Virus record (IMG/VR): IMGVR_UViG_3300042542_006078 | Length of the DNA: 64,000 bases | DNA from: a virus | Taxonomy: Duplodnaviria; Caudoviricetes | Strand: one strand, 5' to 3' | Part shown: positions 45,323 to 55,561 of the stretch, in pieces | How the letters are laid out: the number at the start of each line of letters is the position of its first letter | How positions within the stretch are numbered: the first letter of the stretch is position 1 | Notes under the pieces: generated by a model | Databases searched by the model: none | What the model saw: only the letters and a program-made list of their open reading frames with translations | What the model was told of the DNA's origin: nothing | Made by a program: the position numbers and the translations under genes

Positions 45323-45852
45323 GCATGACTGATAACATTATTTTGTTGCAGCAAGAATATGTTGTTGTTATTGACACAAACAAACCATCATTTGATTTTG
45401 CAACACAGCTTTGTGCATATTGCACAGGCCATGATGATGAAAATTCAAAAGACCATAAGATGGTCGATAAGTTTTATGATCAAGTCATGCCTCATTTTTC
45501 TGACAACTTGAAAGACAGAATTCGTGATAATCCTTTTTGCGGATTCCTAACAGACAAGATGGATCAGTATGGTTTTTATTCTCCTTGTACGGTTTGGTTG
45601 AACAAGAATTACGGCTGCAACGATGAAGGCGAATATGATATTTTAACTGAAAATAATTTTGATAATTTTAGTCTTCCCGCCCCATTGAGCGTTGGTTTTT
45701 TCTTTGAGAATGAACCAAACTCGGAATTACTCGCCTTGTTGAAAAACAGAATAAATAAGTTTTTCGCCGAGGAGTGGAAATCTCCTGTAAGATTTGAAGG
45801 CATGAGGCTGATCACCAAAACTCTTTATGGTTCTGAAAGGGAAATTGACTAA
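45319..45852 (+). CDS. Hypothetical protein
   Basis: 177 aa, coupled. Confidence 0.65.
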   Translation: MSMTDNIILLQQEYVVVIDTNKPSFDFATQLCAYCTGHDDENSKDHKMVDKFYDQVMPHFSDNLKDRIRDNPFCGFLTDKMDQYGFYSPCTVWLNKNYGCNDEGEYDILTENNFDNFSLPAPLSVGFFFENEPNSELLALLKNRINKFFAEEWKSPVRFEGMRLITKTLYGSEREID

Positions 45853-45906
45853 TTTTTGAAAGACTTGAAAAGAGTGGTCTTTTAATGTAAACTGACCAGA
45901 GATTCC

Positions 45907-48660
45907 ATGCTTCATCTCTGGCAGATAAAAATGATTAATGATAAGGCAAGGTTTGTTGATCTTCTTGATTCTGCCATGAAGTCTAGAGGACTTTCTGGCA
46001 AAAAGTTATATGAAAAAAGGCTTAAGTGGGAAACAGAAGAAATCCTTGCAAAGGATAAGCAAAGTTATTTTCTTGATCTTTTTGACAGGAAGATTAAGTA
46101 TCCATCCAATCAAAATAATTTACTGGTTTGTTGGCTTCTAGGCATAGTTCAAGACTTTGATATTAATGATGAGCCAGCGAATCATTTTACGGGTGATTTG
46201 CCTGATGTGGACATTGATTATATTCCCATGGTCAGGGATTATTTGAAAAATGAATGGGCACCTAAAACATTTGGCGAAGAATATGTTTGCAACATTGGCA
46301 ACTATACCACATTCGGGATTAAGTCGGCTTTAATTGACATGGCAAGGGTTCATGGTGAGAGTCGTGAAGAGGTTATGGCTGTCACTAAAAACCTTGACGC
46401 TAAGGACGACGAAGGAAATCCAATCACATGGGATGCCGCCATAAGACTCGATCCTGATTTCAAATCTTATGTTGAAAAGTATCCTTCTGTGGCAGAGGCA
46501 ACTAAAAAACTAATCAATCGTAATCGTGGAATGGGAGTTCATGCAGGAGGCTTGATTATATCAAGAAATCCAATTCACGATCTTGTTCCTCTAGTGAAAA
46601 GAAAGGATAACCCGCAAGCAAGTGCTTGGGTAGAGGGTCTTCATGGACAAGACTTGCAACCTGTGGGTTTGGTTAAATTTGATTTATTAGTTATTTCAAA
46701 CCTTTTACAAATTGCTCGTTGTTGTGAGATGGTAAAGAGCAGGCGTGGAATAACCAGTATTTGTGGAAGGCCGGGAGAGCCTGATTGGTCTGATGTCGAT
46801 TCTTGGAGAAATGACGCAGATTCTTTGGCCATGGCCAATTCCGCTGATCTCAAGTGCATATTCCAATTTGATTCGGAAGGTATTCGTGGCCTTGTGAGAG
46901 CAGGAGGAGTAGATCGATTTGAGGATTTGGTGGTTTACTCAGCGATTTTTCGTCCCGGCTGTTTGAAAGTTTTAATGGACAAGCGTTATGTTGAGCGCAA
47001 GAAAGGTCGTGAAAAATTTGAATTGCATCCACTAATCAAGCCAATCCTTGAAAAAACTTATGGAGTCATGGTTTATCAAGAACAAATCATGAAAATATTG
47101 CATGTCGTTGGTAATATTCCTCTTAAAGATTGTGAGGCTGTAAGAAAGGCGATTAGTAAGAAGAAAATTGAATCAATTGCAAAATATAAAGACATGTTCA
47201 TTGAAAATGGAATGAAAAATTTAAGTTACACCAAAGAACAAATGGAGGAATTTTTTGCACAGATACTTTCTTTCAGCGAATACGGATTTAATTTATCGCA
47301 TGCCGTGGCTTACAATTACATAAGCATGTATCTTTTGTATCTCAAATCTCATTATCCTCCTGAATTTTATGCAAGCATGCTGTCATGTGAGACAGTGAGT
47401 GATAAAATAAAAGATTTCAAAATGGAGGCAAAGATACATGGCGTTAACATGCACAGGCTTGATATCAATAAGTCAAAAGTGAATTTTGAGTTAGTTGGCG
47501 ACATGATTTATTATGGTTTTTCAAATGTAAAGGGAATTGGAGAAGGTCCGGCTCAAAAGATAGTTTCCAATCAACCTTATTCATCTTTTGAAGATTTTCT
47601 TTATAGATGCAGCACGGACTCTTCAATACTTAAACCAATTTTAGGACTGCGTTGTTTTAGGGATCGTGATCCTATTACATTGTGGAAGTTTGCTGAACAT
47701 TTCAAGGATTGCTTGAAGAAAAATGAAGACAGGAGAAAAAGGTTTGAGGCTATTTTGCAGAAGTACGAGGAAGATTTGAAGATTTTGTTGCCAGAATGTG
47801 GTTTTAAGTTATCTGATCTTAAAGGTGAATCTCCATTTGATGGAAGAGAATATCAAGAAAAATATGATATTAATGAAGAAATTGAGGTTTTGAAAGAATA
47901 TGAATGTGATCCTAGTGAGGGTGTTGGCCGAATTGAAATGGAAACTATGATAGTAGATGGTACTGATGTGACAATTGAAAGAGAAGTGATGAGGCACTAT
48001 AAAAAAATTGTTACAAAGAGGCCTTGGAATAGATGGAATGAGTTGAAGAAGTTGTGGGTCAAGAGACTTAGGTCAATTCAGAAATTTTCCGAAACTGAAA
48101 TGAGATCTTTGCCGAAGCTAATTGGATTCGACGCAGACAAATATGATGTTCCTAAAGAACTTGAGAAGGATTTTAGGAATCCTATTCTTTGTGAGGAAAA
48201 GTATTATGGTTTTGCTTGGATACATGAGCTTGAAAGAAGTCCTGATTATAAAGGCAATCTGACTTTTGATGCTATTCGTAGCAATCATGATGGATCAAGT
48301 GGTCCTGTTGAGTTGAAAATTAAGAAAGTTGAAGAAAAGACTAGCAAGAAGGGATCAAGTTATTGGCAGATTGCAGCGGAAGATGTGACGGGCCAAGAAA
48401 ATAAAATAAATATTTGGGCTGATGATTGGAATAGGTGGAGCAAGGAATTTGTCAAAGGTAACTTACTTAGGGTAAGGCTTCAGCCTCCAAATGGGGGATT
48501 TCCAACATTTTTGTTGGAATCAAATCAGGGTAGTGGAAGATTCCGATTCCAGAAAAAATATCATGATAAGGAAGACGATCCTAGAGTCATTATTATGAGG
48601 TTTGGTAAGGCTGAAGAAGAAAAGCATATGACTGATGAGGAAGTGTTGAATTTGCTTTAA
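45907..48660 (+). CDS. dnaE: DNA polymerase III alpha, C-terminal part (catalytic Asp, thumb, fingers, HhH, OB)
   Basis: LPDVDIDY, GVHAGG, VKFDLL, IFQFDS, YGVMVYQEQ, YGFNLSHA, NVKGIG. Confidence 0.92.
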   Translation: MLHLWQIKMINDKARFVDLLDSAMKSRGLSGKKLYEKRLKWETEEILAKDKQSYFLDLFDRKIKYPSNQNNLLVCWLLGIVQDFDINDEPANHFTGDLPDVDIDYIPMVRDYLKNEWAPKTFGEEYVCNIGNYTTFGIKSALIDMARVHGESREEVMAVTKNLDAKDDEGNPITWDAAIRLDPDFKSYVEKYPSVAEATKKLINRNRGMGVHAGGLIISRNPIHDLVPLVKRKDNPQASAWVEGLHGQDLQPVGLVKFDLLVISNLLQIARCCEMVKSRRGITSICGRPGEPDWSDVDSWRNDADSLAMANSADLKCIFQFDSEGIRGLVRAGGVDRFEDLVVYSAIFRPGCLKVLMDKRYVERKKGREKFELHPLIKPILEKTYGVMVYQEQIMKILHVVGNIPLKDCEAVRKAISKKKIESIAKYKDMFIENGMKNLSYTKEQMEEFFAQILSFSEYGFNLSHAVAYNYISMYLLYLKSHYPPEFYASMLSCETVSDKIKDFKMEAKIHGVNMHRLDINKSKVNFELVGDMIYYGFSNVKGIGEGPAQKIVSNQPYSSFEDFLYRCSTDSSILKPILGLRCFRDRDPITLWKFAEHFKDCLKKNEDRRKRFEAILQKYEEDLKILLPECGFKLSDLKGESPFDGREYQEKYDINEEIEVLKEYECDPSEGVGRIEMETMIVDGTDVTIEREVMRHYKKIVTKRPWNRWNELKKLWVKRLRSIQKFSETEMRSLPKLIGFDADKYDVPKELEKDFRNPILCEEKYYGFAWIHELERSPDYKGNLTFDAIRSNHDGSSGPVELKIKKVEEKTSKKGSSYWQIAAEDVTGQENKINIWADDWNRWSKEFVKGNLLRVRLQPPNGGFPTFLLESNQGSGRFRFQKKYHDKEDDPRVIIMRFGKAEEEKHMTDEEVLNLL

Positions 48661-48704
48661 TAAACTCATCATATATTAAAAAAACGGTATAAATAGGAAA
48701 ATAT

Positions 48705-49208
48705 ATGACAGATGACATTGTGATTGATGAATCAAATTTCAATCAATATTTTAGAGATTGTCGCATGCATCGCCCTGAGAGGGGTGATGTGATGGCACGA
48801 TATTCTGCGATTGCTGAATTTGTTGATGGAAAGATGAAAAAAGACATCATTGATTTATTGACGAATTATGACAATAAAGCTTTAGCGGCAACTCAAGTTA
48901 TGCGTAAGCTTGGATGCGCCACAGAAAATGAATCAATCAGAATTTGCAAAGAAATTGCAGAGGACTTGGATTCTGGGATGACTAATGAAGATGTTGAAAA
49001 CAAGGTTTATAAGTATAAAATGGAAGTTATATATTACACAAAAAGAGAATATATTCCAGAAAACGACCCGCATTGGACTGTAATTAGTATTGCAAATTTG
49101 GACAAATTCTTGGATAAAGCTAATCAGATGGTAAGCATCAGGACCAAGATATGTGACCAGACTGGAATGGAGAAATCCGATGGAGACGAAAAACAAGAAT
49201 TGTCGTGA
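48705..49208 (+). CDS. Hypothetical protein
   Basis: TATAAATA at 48688-48695 upstream. Confidence 0.7.
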   Translation: MTDDIVIDESNFNQYFRDCRMHRPERGDVMARYSAIAEFVDGKMKKDIIDLLTNYDNKALAATQVMRKLGCATENESIRICKEIAEDLDSGMTNEDVENKVYKYKMEVIYYTKREYIPENDPHWTVISIANLDKFLDKANQMVSIRTKICDQTGMEKSDGDEKQELS

Positions 49209-49752
49209 AACTATTCTGGTAGACATTTGTTATTCTCCTTCTGCTGGTAATTTTGCCAGAACTCATAAAATAATTGGCGAGCGCCACAAGATTGGCAATT
49301 GGTTCTATTGTCGTGATATATTTCATAATATTTTGTGGAATTTGAAATTATTTTTTTTCACCACCAATATTGGCAGGGTTTCAGCAGTTATCAAGTTCAT
49401 GGAAATAATTGAAGAAAAGTTGGATGTTCAGCCTAGATCGCAGTTTGGCCCCACACAAATGAAGAAAGTAATGTGGATTAAGCCAAGTTCTTGGTGGACT
49501 TCCTTGGGAATGAGAAGATCGTTATTCACAATTTTGTTGAGGGCTGGTTTGAAATATGTGCCATCAAAAGACAATTTTGATGAAGCCATTCAACTTGAAA
49601 AGTATTTGTCTAAAACGCCATATGCATTTCAAAGATTTATGATGGGATATACGAAGTATGCTGGTCGTAAAAGAGGATGGTATAGGCAATTTTACGATTT
49701 GAAATTAAGCGACGAACAAATAGATAAACTTCTTGTAAAACCTGAGAAATAG
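49153..49752 (+). CDS. Hypothetical protein
   Basis: 199-aa ORF; likely start 49180. Confidence 0.6.
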   Translation: MTRLEWRNPMETKNKNCRETILVDICYSPSAGNFARTHKIIGERHKIGNWFYCRDIFHNILWNLKLFFFTTNIGRVSAVIKFMEIIEEKLDVQPRSQFGPTQMKKVMWIKPSSWWTSLGMRRSLFTILLRAGLKYVPSKDNFDEAIQLEKYLSKTPYAFQRFMMGYTKYAGRKRGWYRQFYDLKLSDEQIDKLLVKPEK

Positions 49753-49844
49753 TTTTGTTTGTCATATATAAATTAATATTTGAATATTCTTTTTGGAATA
49801 TTAAAGGCAACTGAAAAATATTGTCATAATAAAAGGAAAGCAAC

Positions 49845-50453
49845 ATGAGCGACATGATGGACGATATCAACAAGTATGCAGCTATATGGGATAAAGCTTT
49901 GGCTAAGGGAATTTTCAATAACGCTCCCAAACCACCTACCCCATCAGAGCCACAATCAACTGCTGATTTCTTTGGTCAATATAATTCTGATGATTATGAC
50001 ATCAATGGTTCTATGAATTTGAATGAATCTGAAGTAAAATATTGGTCCCAAATGGCCAAGATTGCTTCAAACCGATCTGCATATCACATGCCTTTGAATG
50101 AAGAGCGTCAAAATGATGTTCCGACTATCAAGAAGATGTCCAATCGTTTAGGAAGCACTTTTAATCCTGTTTATCCGAACACGGTTGGTAAGGATCAAGA
50201 CTTGGGCACTCCAGTCAAGGTCACTCAGAATTGGGGAGTTGGAGGCAAGGAACTCAATGATCTTGCCGATTTGAAAAAGAGGCTTCATGAGCTTGAAGTT
50301 AAATTGAATCAATCTGGAATTCTTAAAAGCGAAAAGGGCAAAAAGAAGAAGGATTCTGATGAAAGCACCATTATCAAGGGGATGGATGATTTGAAGAAGC
50401 AAATTGATGATTTGTCTGACCGCTTGAACGGTAACAATAGTGATGCAAACTAA
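49845..50453 (+). CDS. Hypothetical coiled-coil protein
   Basis: SD AAGGA. Confidence 0.7.
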   Translation: MSDMMDDINKYAAIWDKALAKGIFNNAPKPPTPSEPQSTADFFGQYNSDDYDINGSMNLNESEVKYWSQMAKIASNRSAYHMPLNEERQNDVPTIKKMSNRLGSTFNPVYPNTVGKDQDLGTPVKVTQNWGVGGKELNDLADLKKRLHELEVKLNQSGILKSEKGKKKKDSDESTIIKGMDDLKKQIDDLSDRLNGNNSDAN

Positions 50454-51402
50454 TCTTACATTCGTACAATTTCTTGAAAATCGTGATCCTGAACTTTTCT
50501 CTCAAATCCTGACAGAGGCTCAATACGACGAATTTTTCAAGGATATGAGTGGCAGAGCTAGAAGAATTATTGGAAGTATTGGTGCTGCTTTGGCGTTAGG
50601 CAGTGCATCTCCTAAGCGTATGGATGTAGATTTAGCACCCAAACCAGCAATTGTTAGGTCTGCAACTAGCCCAGTTATTCAAGCTGTTATTGATCACATC
50701 AGACAAAAAACTGGATTGAACATCAACTTTAATGATGTTCAAATGATAAAACCGAGTGAAGCTATTTCTTCTGAATATGGAAAAGATTACGAAAAAGTGC
50801 GTGATATGTCAGCCAAGGCTTATGATTCTCCTGATAAAATTGGCGACTTGGAATTTCCTAGAACTCCTTCTGCTGCCGACATGAGGACCAGTGAATTAGA
50901 CAAACCTATTCCAGTTGTTTTTATGGACCCAAATAAGTATCCCGGTGCCGAACCGGGTAGTACAGGTTTTTGCTCTTCAATACCCGGTGGTCAAAAGTTT
51001 TGTGTTGTAAATAACCGTTCAAATTTGAGAACTTTGCGTCACGAATTATCTCATTCAACTCAAAACATGTTGTTCCAGTCGAGTCTTTCTAATGAAGATC
51101 CCGGCTTAAAATATCTCACTGATAGTGCTGAAATTGGTGTTCGTTTGGGTGAACTAAAGCGCAATTGGTACAAGAAAACAGGTGAGATATTGACGAAAGA
51201 AAATTTTGGGGAGGCTCTCAAGGATTTGATAATGAATCCAGAAAATTATAGTGTTGATGTACAAGACCTGAGGCAAGTTTATTTGCATTATTATCATAAT
51301 AATGATAAATCTAAATTACATGATTTTATTAGATTTATGGCTAGCCACATTGATACCGTTGTTAAAAATGATGGTGGCGATCAAAGAACAGCACAAGCTT
51401 AG
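50440..51402 (+). CDS. HExxH zinc-metallopeptidase-like protein with capsid-targeting-like N-terminus
   Basis: LTFVQFLE...ILTEA; TLRHELSH; downstream SAE. Confidence 0.6.
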   Translation: MMQTNLTFVQFLENRDPELFSQILTEAQYDEFFKDMSGRARRIIGSIGAALALGSASPKRMDVDLAPKPAIVRSATSPVIQAVIDHIRQKTGLNINFNDVQMIKPSEAISSEYGKDYEKVRDMSAKAYDSPDKIGDLEFPRTPSAADMRTSELDKPIPVVFMDPNKYPGAEPGSTGFCSSIPGGQKFCVVNNRSNLRTLRHELSHSTQNMLFQSSLSNEDPGLKYLTDSAEIGVRLGELKRNWYKKTGEILTKENFGEALKDLIMNPENYSVDVQDLRQVYLHYYHNNDKSKLHDFIRFMASHIDTVVKNDGGDQRTAQA

Positions 51403-51480
51403 TGTCAACTACTCCCAAGATTTGATTTGTACTTTTTTTTTATGCAATTTTTGCATATAATTGATTCATCTTTCATTTAG

Positions 51481-52047
51481 ATGGAGAAAGCAATGTCAAA
51501 TCCTTGGAAAGCGCCAGATGAAATCATGCAATTGTTGTCATTAGTTAAGTCAAAGCATCATTCGCCAAGACTTGATGATTGTCGTATTGCCATTTGTCTT
51601 GATGAAGGCAAAGCTTTTGTAAAAAATAAGTGGAATCTTGGTAAACTTAGCAAGTTCAGCCCAACAGCAAAGCTTTATCAAAGGGAGAAGTATGACTTCT
51701 GTCTTATAGTCCCTTTGGAATTATGGTCATCAGCTTTGCAGCCTGATGCCAAAGAAGCCTATATTGATCTAATGCTCACAAGACTCGATATGGAATACAT
51801 TCCTGAAGTTATTGAGGAAAATGGCAAAAAAATAAAAGTGATTGATGAATTTGGCAGGATTCAGTATAGCAAAGTTCCCAAGACCGACAAAGAAGGTAAT
51901 ATAAAGTGGAAGGTTGACCCTCTTGATCTTGAGGTTTTTGCCAAGAATGTTCGTAAATATGGTTTATGGCAAGATGATTTGTTGGATATGAAAGAAGCCA
52001 TTCTTGCTGTTGACGGAGGAAAAGGTGTTCAAGTCAAAAATAATTGA
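51481..52047 (+). CDS. Phage metallopeptidase-like protein lacking HExxH
   Basis: DFCLIVPLELW...AYIDLML and DLEVF..NVRKYGLW resemble the putative phage metallopeptidase family, with His ligands absent. Confidence 0.5.
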   Translation: MEKAMSNPWKAPDEIMQLLSLVKSKHHSPRLDDCRIAICLDEGKAFVKNKWNLGKLSKFSPTAKLYQREKYDFCLIVPLELWSSALQPDAKEAYIDLMLTRLDMEYIPEVIEENGKKIKVIDEFGRIQYSKVPKTDKEGNIKWKVDPLDLEVFAKNVRKYGLWQDDLLDMKEAILAVDGGKGVQVKNN

Positions 52048-52456
52048 AATCGTTGTTTTGGGTTTGTGGTTGCTCATAGCTTTGGTTTTGATTTTTAGAT
52101 CTAAAGAATCAACTCAATTTGTTCCTCCAATAAGTGAGCAACCATCAAACCTTTTGTCAAAGAAATATGATGTCAAGAAGATAACTGTTATTGATGGAAA
52201 CACATTTGATTTGAGCATTAGAAATTCTCTTTCTGAAGATTTAATGGCAAGAATTTTGGGAGAAATTCCTCTCAAGGCCACTATTGATGCGAAGAAGAAG
52301 GTGATTGAATTATTGAACAAAGTAGAAAATCCAATTGTTTTTCTTGATAAGAAATTAGATAATGGCAAATGGATTATTGAAATAAGTTTTTCTTTGGAAG
52401 GTAAAGATATTCAATTAACTTCATGGATGAAAGAAAACAATCTTGTTTACAATTAA
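52004..52456 (+). CDS. Membrane-anchored SNase-like OB-fold protein
   Basis: N-terminal TM; ITVIDGNTF. Confidence 0.4.
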   Translation: MLLTEEKVFKSKIIEIVVLGLWLLIALVLIFRSKESTQFVPPISEQPSNLLSKKYDVKKITVIDGNTFDLSIRNSLSEDLMARILGEIPLKATIDAKKKVIELLNKVENPIVFLDKKLDNGKWIIEISFSLEGKDIQLTSWMKENNLVYN

Positions 52457-52468
52457 CTCTAATGCATT

Positions 52469-52657
52469 ATGGAACAAAATTTTATAATTAGATGTCACAA
52501 ATGTCGTTGGGCCAGACTTTCTACTGGCCTGACTGATGATCTCAAGGATTTGGCTGAAATTAAAAAGTGTGAAACATGTGGTTTTACTCGTACATTCAAG
52601 TGTCCTAGATGTGGTCTTCCTGCAAAGATGACAAGAATTAAGAGAAACAATGCATGA
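52469..52657 (+). CDS. Zinc-ribbon protein
   Basis: CHKC, CETC, CPRC. Confidence 0.7.
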   Translation: MEQNFIIRCHKCRWARLSTGLTDDLKDLAEIKKCETCGFTRTFKCPRCGLPAKMTRIKRNNA

Positions 52658-53826
52658 ATCTGATAACCTCTTGTAGGCGTAATCCCGGTGATGGAGTTTT
52701 ACTGCCAAAAGAGATTTTACTCCTTCAGGCCAAGTTCAAGGTTTTCAAGAACAATAATCGTCCAAAGCCAGAAAACAAAAAGAAAATATTAATTGTGTGT
52801 TGTTTTTCTGAGTTTGGCTGTGAAACTATTGGTTTGATGTATTGCATACCAAAGATTATAGCCAATAATCCCGGTGCTTATGTTATATGTGCTGGATGGT
52901 ATGGAAGAGAATATTTATACAGGCATCTTGTTGACGAATTTTGGGAGATAGAACAAAGTTGCATGAATTTGCGTGAATATTCCAACGCATTTACCAACTC
53001 ATCAAAAAATATCAAAAGAATAGAAAAAAATCTTGAAGAACATGGTTCTGTTTTTGCCACTAATAAAATGGGTTATTTATGTGTTGTTAACACTTGTGAG
53101 TTGTGCAAAAAAACTTGGTGTGCTGCCGAGGTTGAGAAGGGATGTCCTAGTTGTTTTTCTGAGAATGTTGTAAGAGGATTTCTATCTGATATTTCACATC
53201 ATAGAAAATTTGCCGTCAATGTTCCAAGGCCTTCGATCAAGATGCAGTCAAAGGCGAGGGAATTACTGAAGCCTAATTCGGTTGGAATCTTTGCTAGGGG
53301 AAGAAAGATATACGGCAGGAATTTGAGTTCTGAATTTTATGTAAAGTTGATAAGTACACTTGAGGAAATGGGTTATAACCCAATATGGCTTGGAGAAAAA
53401 CAAAGTGTGCAGCCATGCCCAGTTGATCATATTGTTGATTTTAGCAGGATGGAAGAATCAAGGGATTTGGAATTAACTTTAGCTATAATGACAAATTTGC
53501 AATTTACGATTCAGTTTTGGACAGCATCTACTCGATTGGCAAGCATGATGGGCGTTCCTTGGATTCTTTTTGAGAGTCCTGATCAGATTGCTGGAAATGG
53601 CCAAGAAGGCAAAAGAATTGCTTTAACTACAGATTATAATAAGAAAAAGTTGGTTTTGGCTCATTATTTTAGTGTTGTTGAGAATCACGATCTTGCCTTG
53701 GATGTTTTGAAAAAGGCAATTAAAGAAATGAATGAAGATAATTGGGAAGACATATTGGGTTTGGTTGAAGATCAAGGAATAGTTTCCGAAATGGTACAAA
53801 AACAAAAAGAGTGGAGGAACATGTGA
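52654..53826 (+). CDS. GT-B/GT9-like glycosyltransferase
   Basis: PIWLGE, FTIQFWTASTRLASMMGVPWILF. Confidence 0.55.
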   Translation: MNLITSCRRNPGDGVLLPKEILLLQAKFKVFKNNNRPKPENKKKILIVCCFSEFGCETIGLMYCIPKIIANNPGAYVICAGWYGREYLYRHLVDEFWEIEQSCMNLREYSNAFTNSSKNIKRIEKNLEEHGSVFATNKMGYLCVVNTCELCKKTWCAAEVEKGCPSCFSENVVRGFLSDISHHRKFAVNVPRPSIKMQSKARELLKPNSVGIFARGRKIYGRNLSSEFYVKLISTLEEMGYNPIWLGEKQSVQPCPVDHIVDFSRMEESRDLELTLAIMTNLQFTIQFWTASTRLASMMGVPWILFESPDQIAGNGQEGKRIALTTDYNKKKLVLAHYFSVVENHDLALDVLKKAIKEMNEDNWEDILGLVEDQGIVSEMVQKQKEWRNM

Positions 53827-54977
53827 TTTCTGTAGTTGATTTTTTGAAGAGAGCCGCTGATCGAAATGGATTCATAAGGGATCGCTACGAAGAGAAGAAG
53901 ATTCCTACTGATTTCACAGGGATTAGTGTTCTTCCTTTCTTTGGCGACTTAAGAAATTTGACAGTTCTTTCTTCTTATCTTTTGCATCGTTACCGCAATG
54001 AGGTTAGAGGCTCAAAGTACTTTATAGTAGCATCGTGGCCGGGATTCCAAGGCCTTTTTCCTTACGCTGACGAGTATTGGTCATTGAACGATGATTCAAT
54101 AATAAGGAAATTTTATGAACGATCAGAAGGCATGAGAAACAAGTCAGATTTCTCATCAACCTTTATTCGCAATTTCAATGAATTCTTCAGGGATGTAATT
54201 GATGCCAACGAATTGCAAAAATATTATAAAAATGGCTTCACAAATCAATATTTTGAAAAGTTTACTGACACTAAGAGATTTTTGCCATTTATTCCCAGTT
54301 CAACAATTATAGGCAGAGATTTCAATAAGTTTTTAATGACAAAGTCGGGATACAAGGTTTTTATACATCCTTCAATTTACGGAAAATTTTGGCACAATGG
54401 AATAAGTGATAATGTAAAGGCAAACAAAGATTTTTATATTGGATTGGCTAAATTCCTTCTTAAGAAAAACATCACTCCTGTTATTTGGCAAAATTACTTG
54501 TCCTATGACATATCTGACGAGCTTGACGACAAATGTATTTATATTAAGGAAAATGATATTGTTAAAGTTTTGTCTGCAATGAGGTCTTCTGATTGTGTTT
54601 TGGATATATTTAATGGAATATCAAGACTTGCGATGATTGCTAGGAGTCCTTTTGTTTGTGTCGATGAAAGGTCTAGGTATTTTGGAACCAAAGAGTTAGA
54701 AATAGACAGTTTGAGCGGAAGCAAGATACCCAAGCAATATATTTTTTCGTTTTCTACTATCATAACAAGTGGCGATATTGGTTTGTGGACGAGTGATATT
54801 TATCAGACGATTTATCAAAAGATGGAATCGTTTCTTCCAGAACTAAATCGAGACGATTGGCCTTCTACTGCGGAATCTTATGAAAATGTGCCTTATGGAG
54901 AATTTGTGCAGCCGCAGAAGACCAAGAAATTAGGAACAAGGTTTATAAAGGTTTCGTCTGAAGACGAAATAAGATAG
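53811..54977 (+). CDS. GT-B/GT9-like glycosyltransferase
   Basis: FGDLRNL, SDCVLDIFNGISRLAMIARSPFV. Confidence 0.55.
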   Translation: MEEHVISVVDFLKRAADRNGFIRDRYEEKKIPTDFTGISVLPFFGDLRNLTVLSSYLLHRYRNEVRGSKYFIVASWPGFQGLFPYADEYWSLNDDSIIRKFYERSEGMRNKSDFSSTFIRNFNEFFRDVIDANELQKYYKNGFTNQYFEKFTDTKRFLPFIPSSTIIGRDFNKFLMTKSGYKVFIHPSIYGKFWHNGISDNVKANKDFYIGLAKFLLKKNITPVIWQNYLSYDISDELDDKCIYIKENDIVKVLSAMRSSDCVLDIFNGISRLAMIARSPFVCVDERSRYFGTKELEIDSLSGSKIPKQYIFSFSTIITSGDIGLWTSDIYQTIYQKMESFLPELNRDDWPSTAESYENVPYGEFVQPQKTKKLGTRFIKVSSEDEIR

Positions 54978-54988
54978 AGGACAAAAAA

Positions 54989-55276
54989 ATGGCTTGTAAA
55001 GTTGAATTGCGTGATCTTCCTTCTAATCCGAGTTGGTACGAGAAGGAGATTGCATTCAAAAAAATGTTCACTGCATTTAAGAAACAGGTTGCAGAAGCTG
55101 GAATTCTGCATGACTACAAGGCTAGGGAATTTTATGAAACTCCCGGCGAAGAGAGAAGAAGAAAGAAAAGAGAGGCCGAAAATGTGCGCCTAAAGGAAAA
55201 GTTGCGTGAGAACTTTCCTGAGAGACGCAAGCCCAAGAAGTCCGACAATAAGAAAGCAAAAACTAAAGGTGAATAA
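54989..55276 (+). CDS. rpsU: Ribosomal protein bS21
   Basis: FKKQVAEAGILHDYKAREFYETPGEERRRK. Confidence 0.85.
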   Translation: MACKVELRDLPSNPSWYEKEIAFKKMFTAFKKQVAEAGILHDYKAREFYETPGEERRRKKREAENVRLKEKLRENFPERRKPKKSDNKKAKTKGE

Positions 55277-55539
55277 TGACTGCTAAAAAAGGAACCATTA
55301 TGAGCTTGAGTGTCGATCTCGACATTCAGGAAAAAATGAAGGCTGTTGCTAAAAAAAGGAATATTAGTGTTTCTAAATTAATTCGTGATTTGGTTGAAAA
55401 GAATTTGCCAAATGTCGATGAAGATGTTGATGTCGTTGTATTCAAGGTTCCTGTTGAAATGAGAGTTTCTTCTGAAAGTCTAAAGCAATGGCTATCAGTT
55501 CGTGTTGATGCTGTAGTTAAGGCGCTTACCACTCCATAA
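55276..55539 (+). CDS. Ribbon-helix-helix DNA-binding protein
   Basis: MSLSVDLDIQEKMKAVAKKRNISVSKLIRDLV. Confidence 0.75.
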   Translation: MTAKKGTIMSLSVDLDIQEKMKAVAKKRNISVSKLIRDLVEKNLPNVDEDVDVVVFKVPVEMRVSSESLKQWLSVRVDAVVKALTTP

Positions 55540-55561
55540 TAAGAGGCAGTTAAATTCCGTC

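Noticed and set aside
39900-46260. Split intein or intron joining the DnaE halves
   Set aside because: No Cys/Ser-start or His-Asn-end intein motifs at the fragment ends, and the interval holds intact unrelated genes on both strands.
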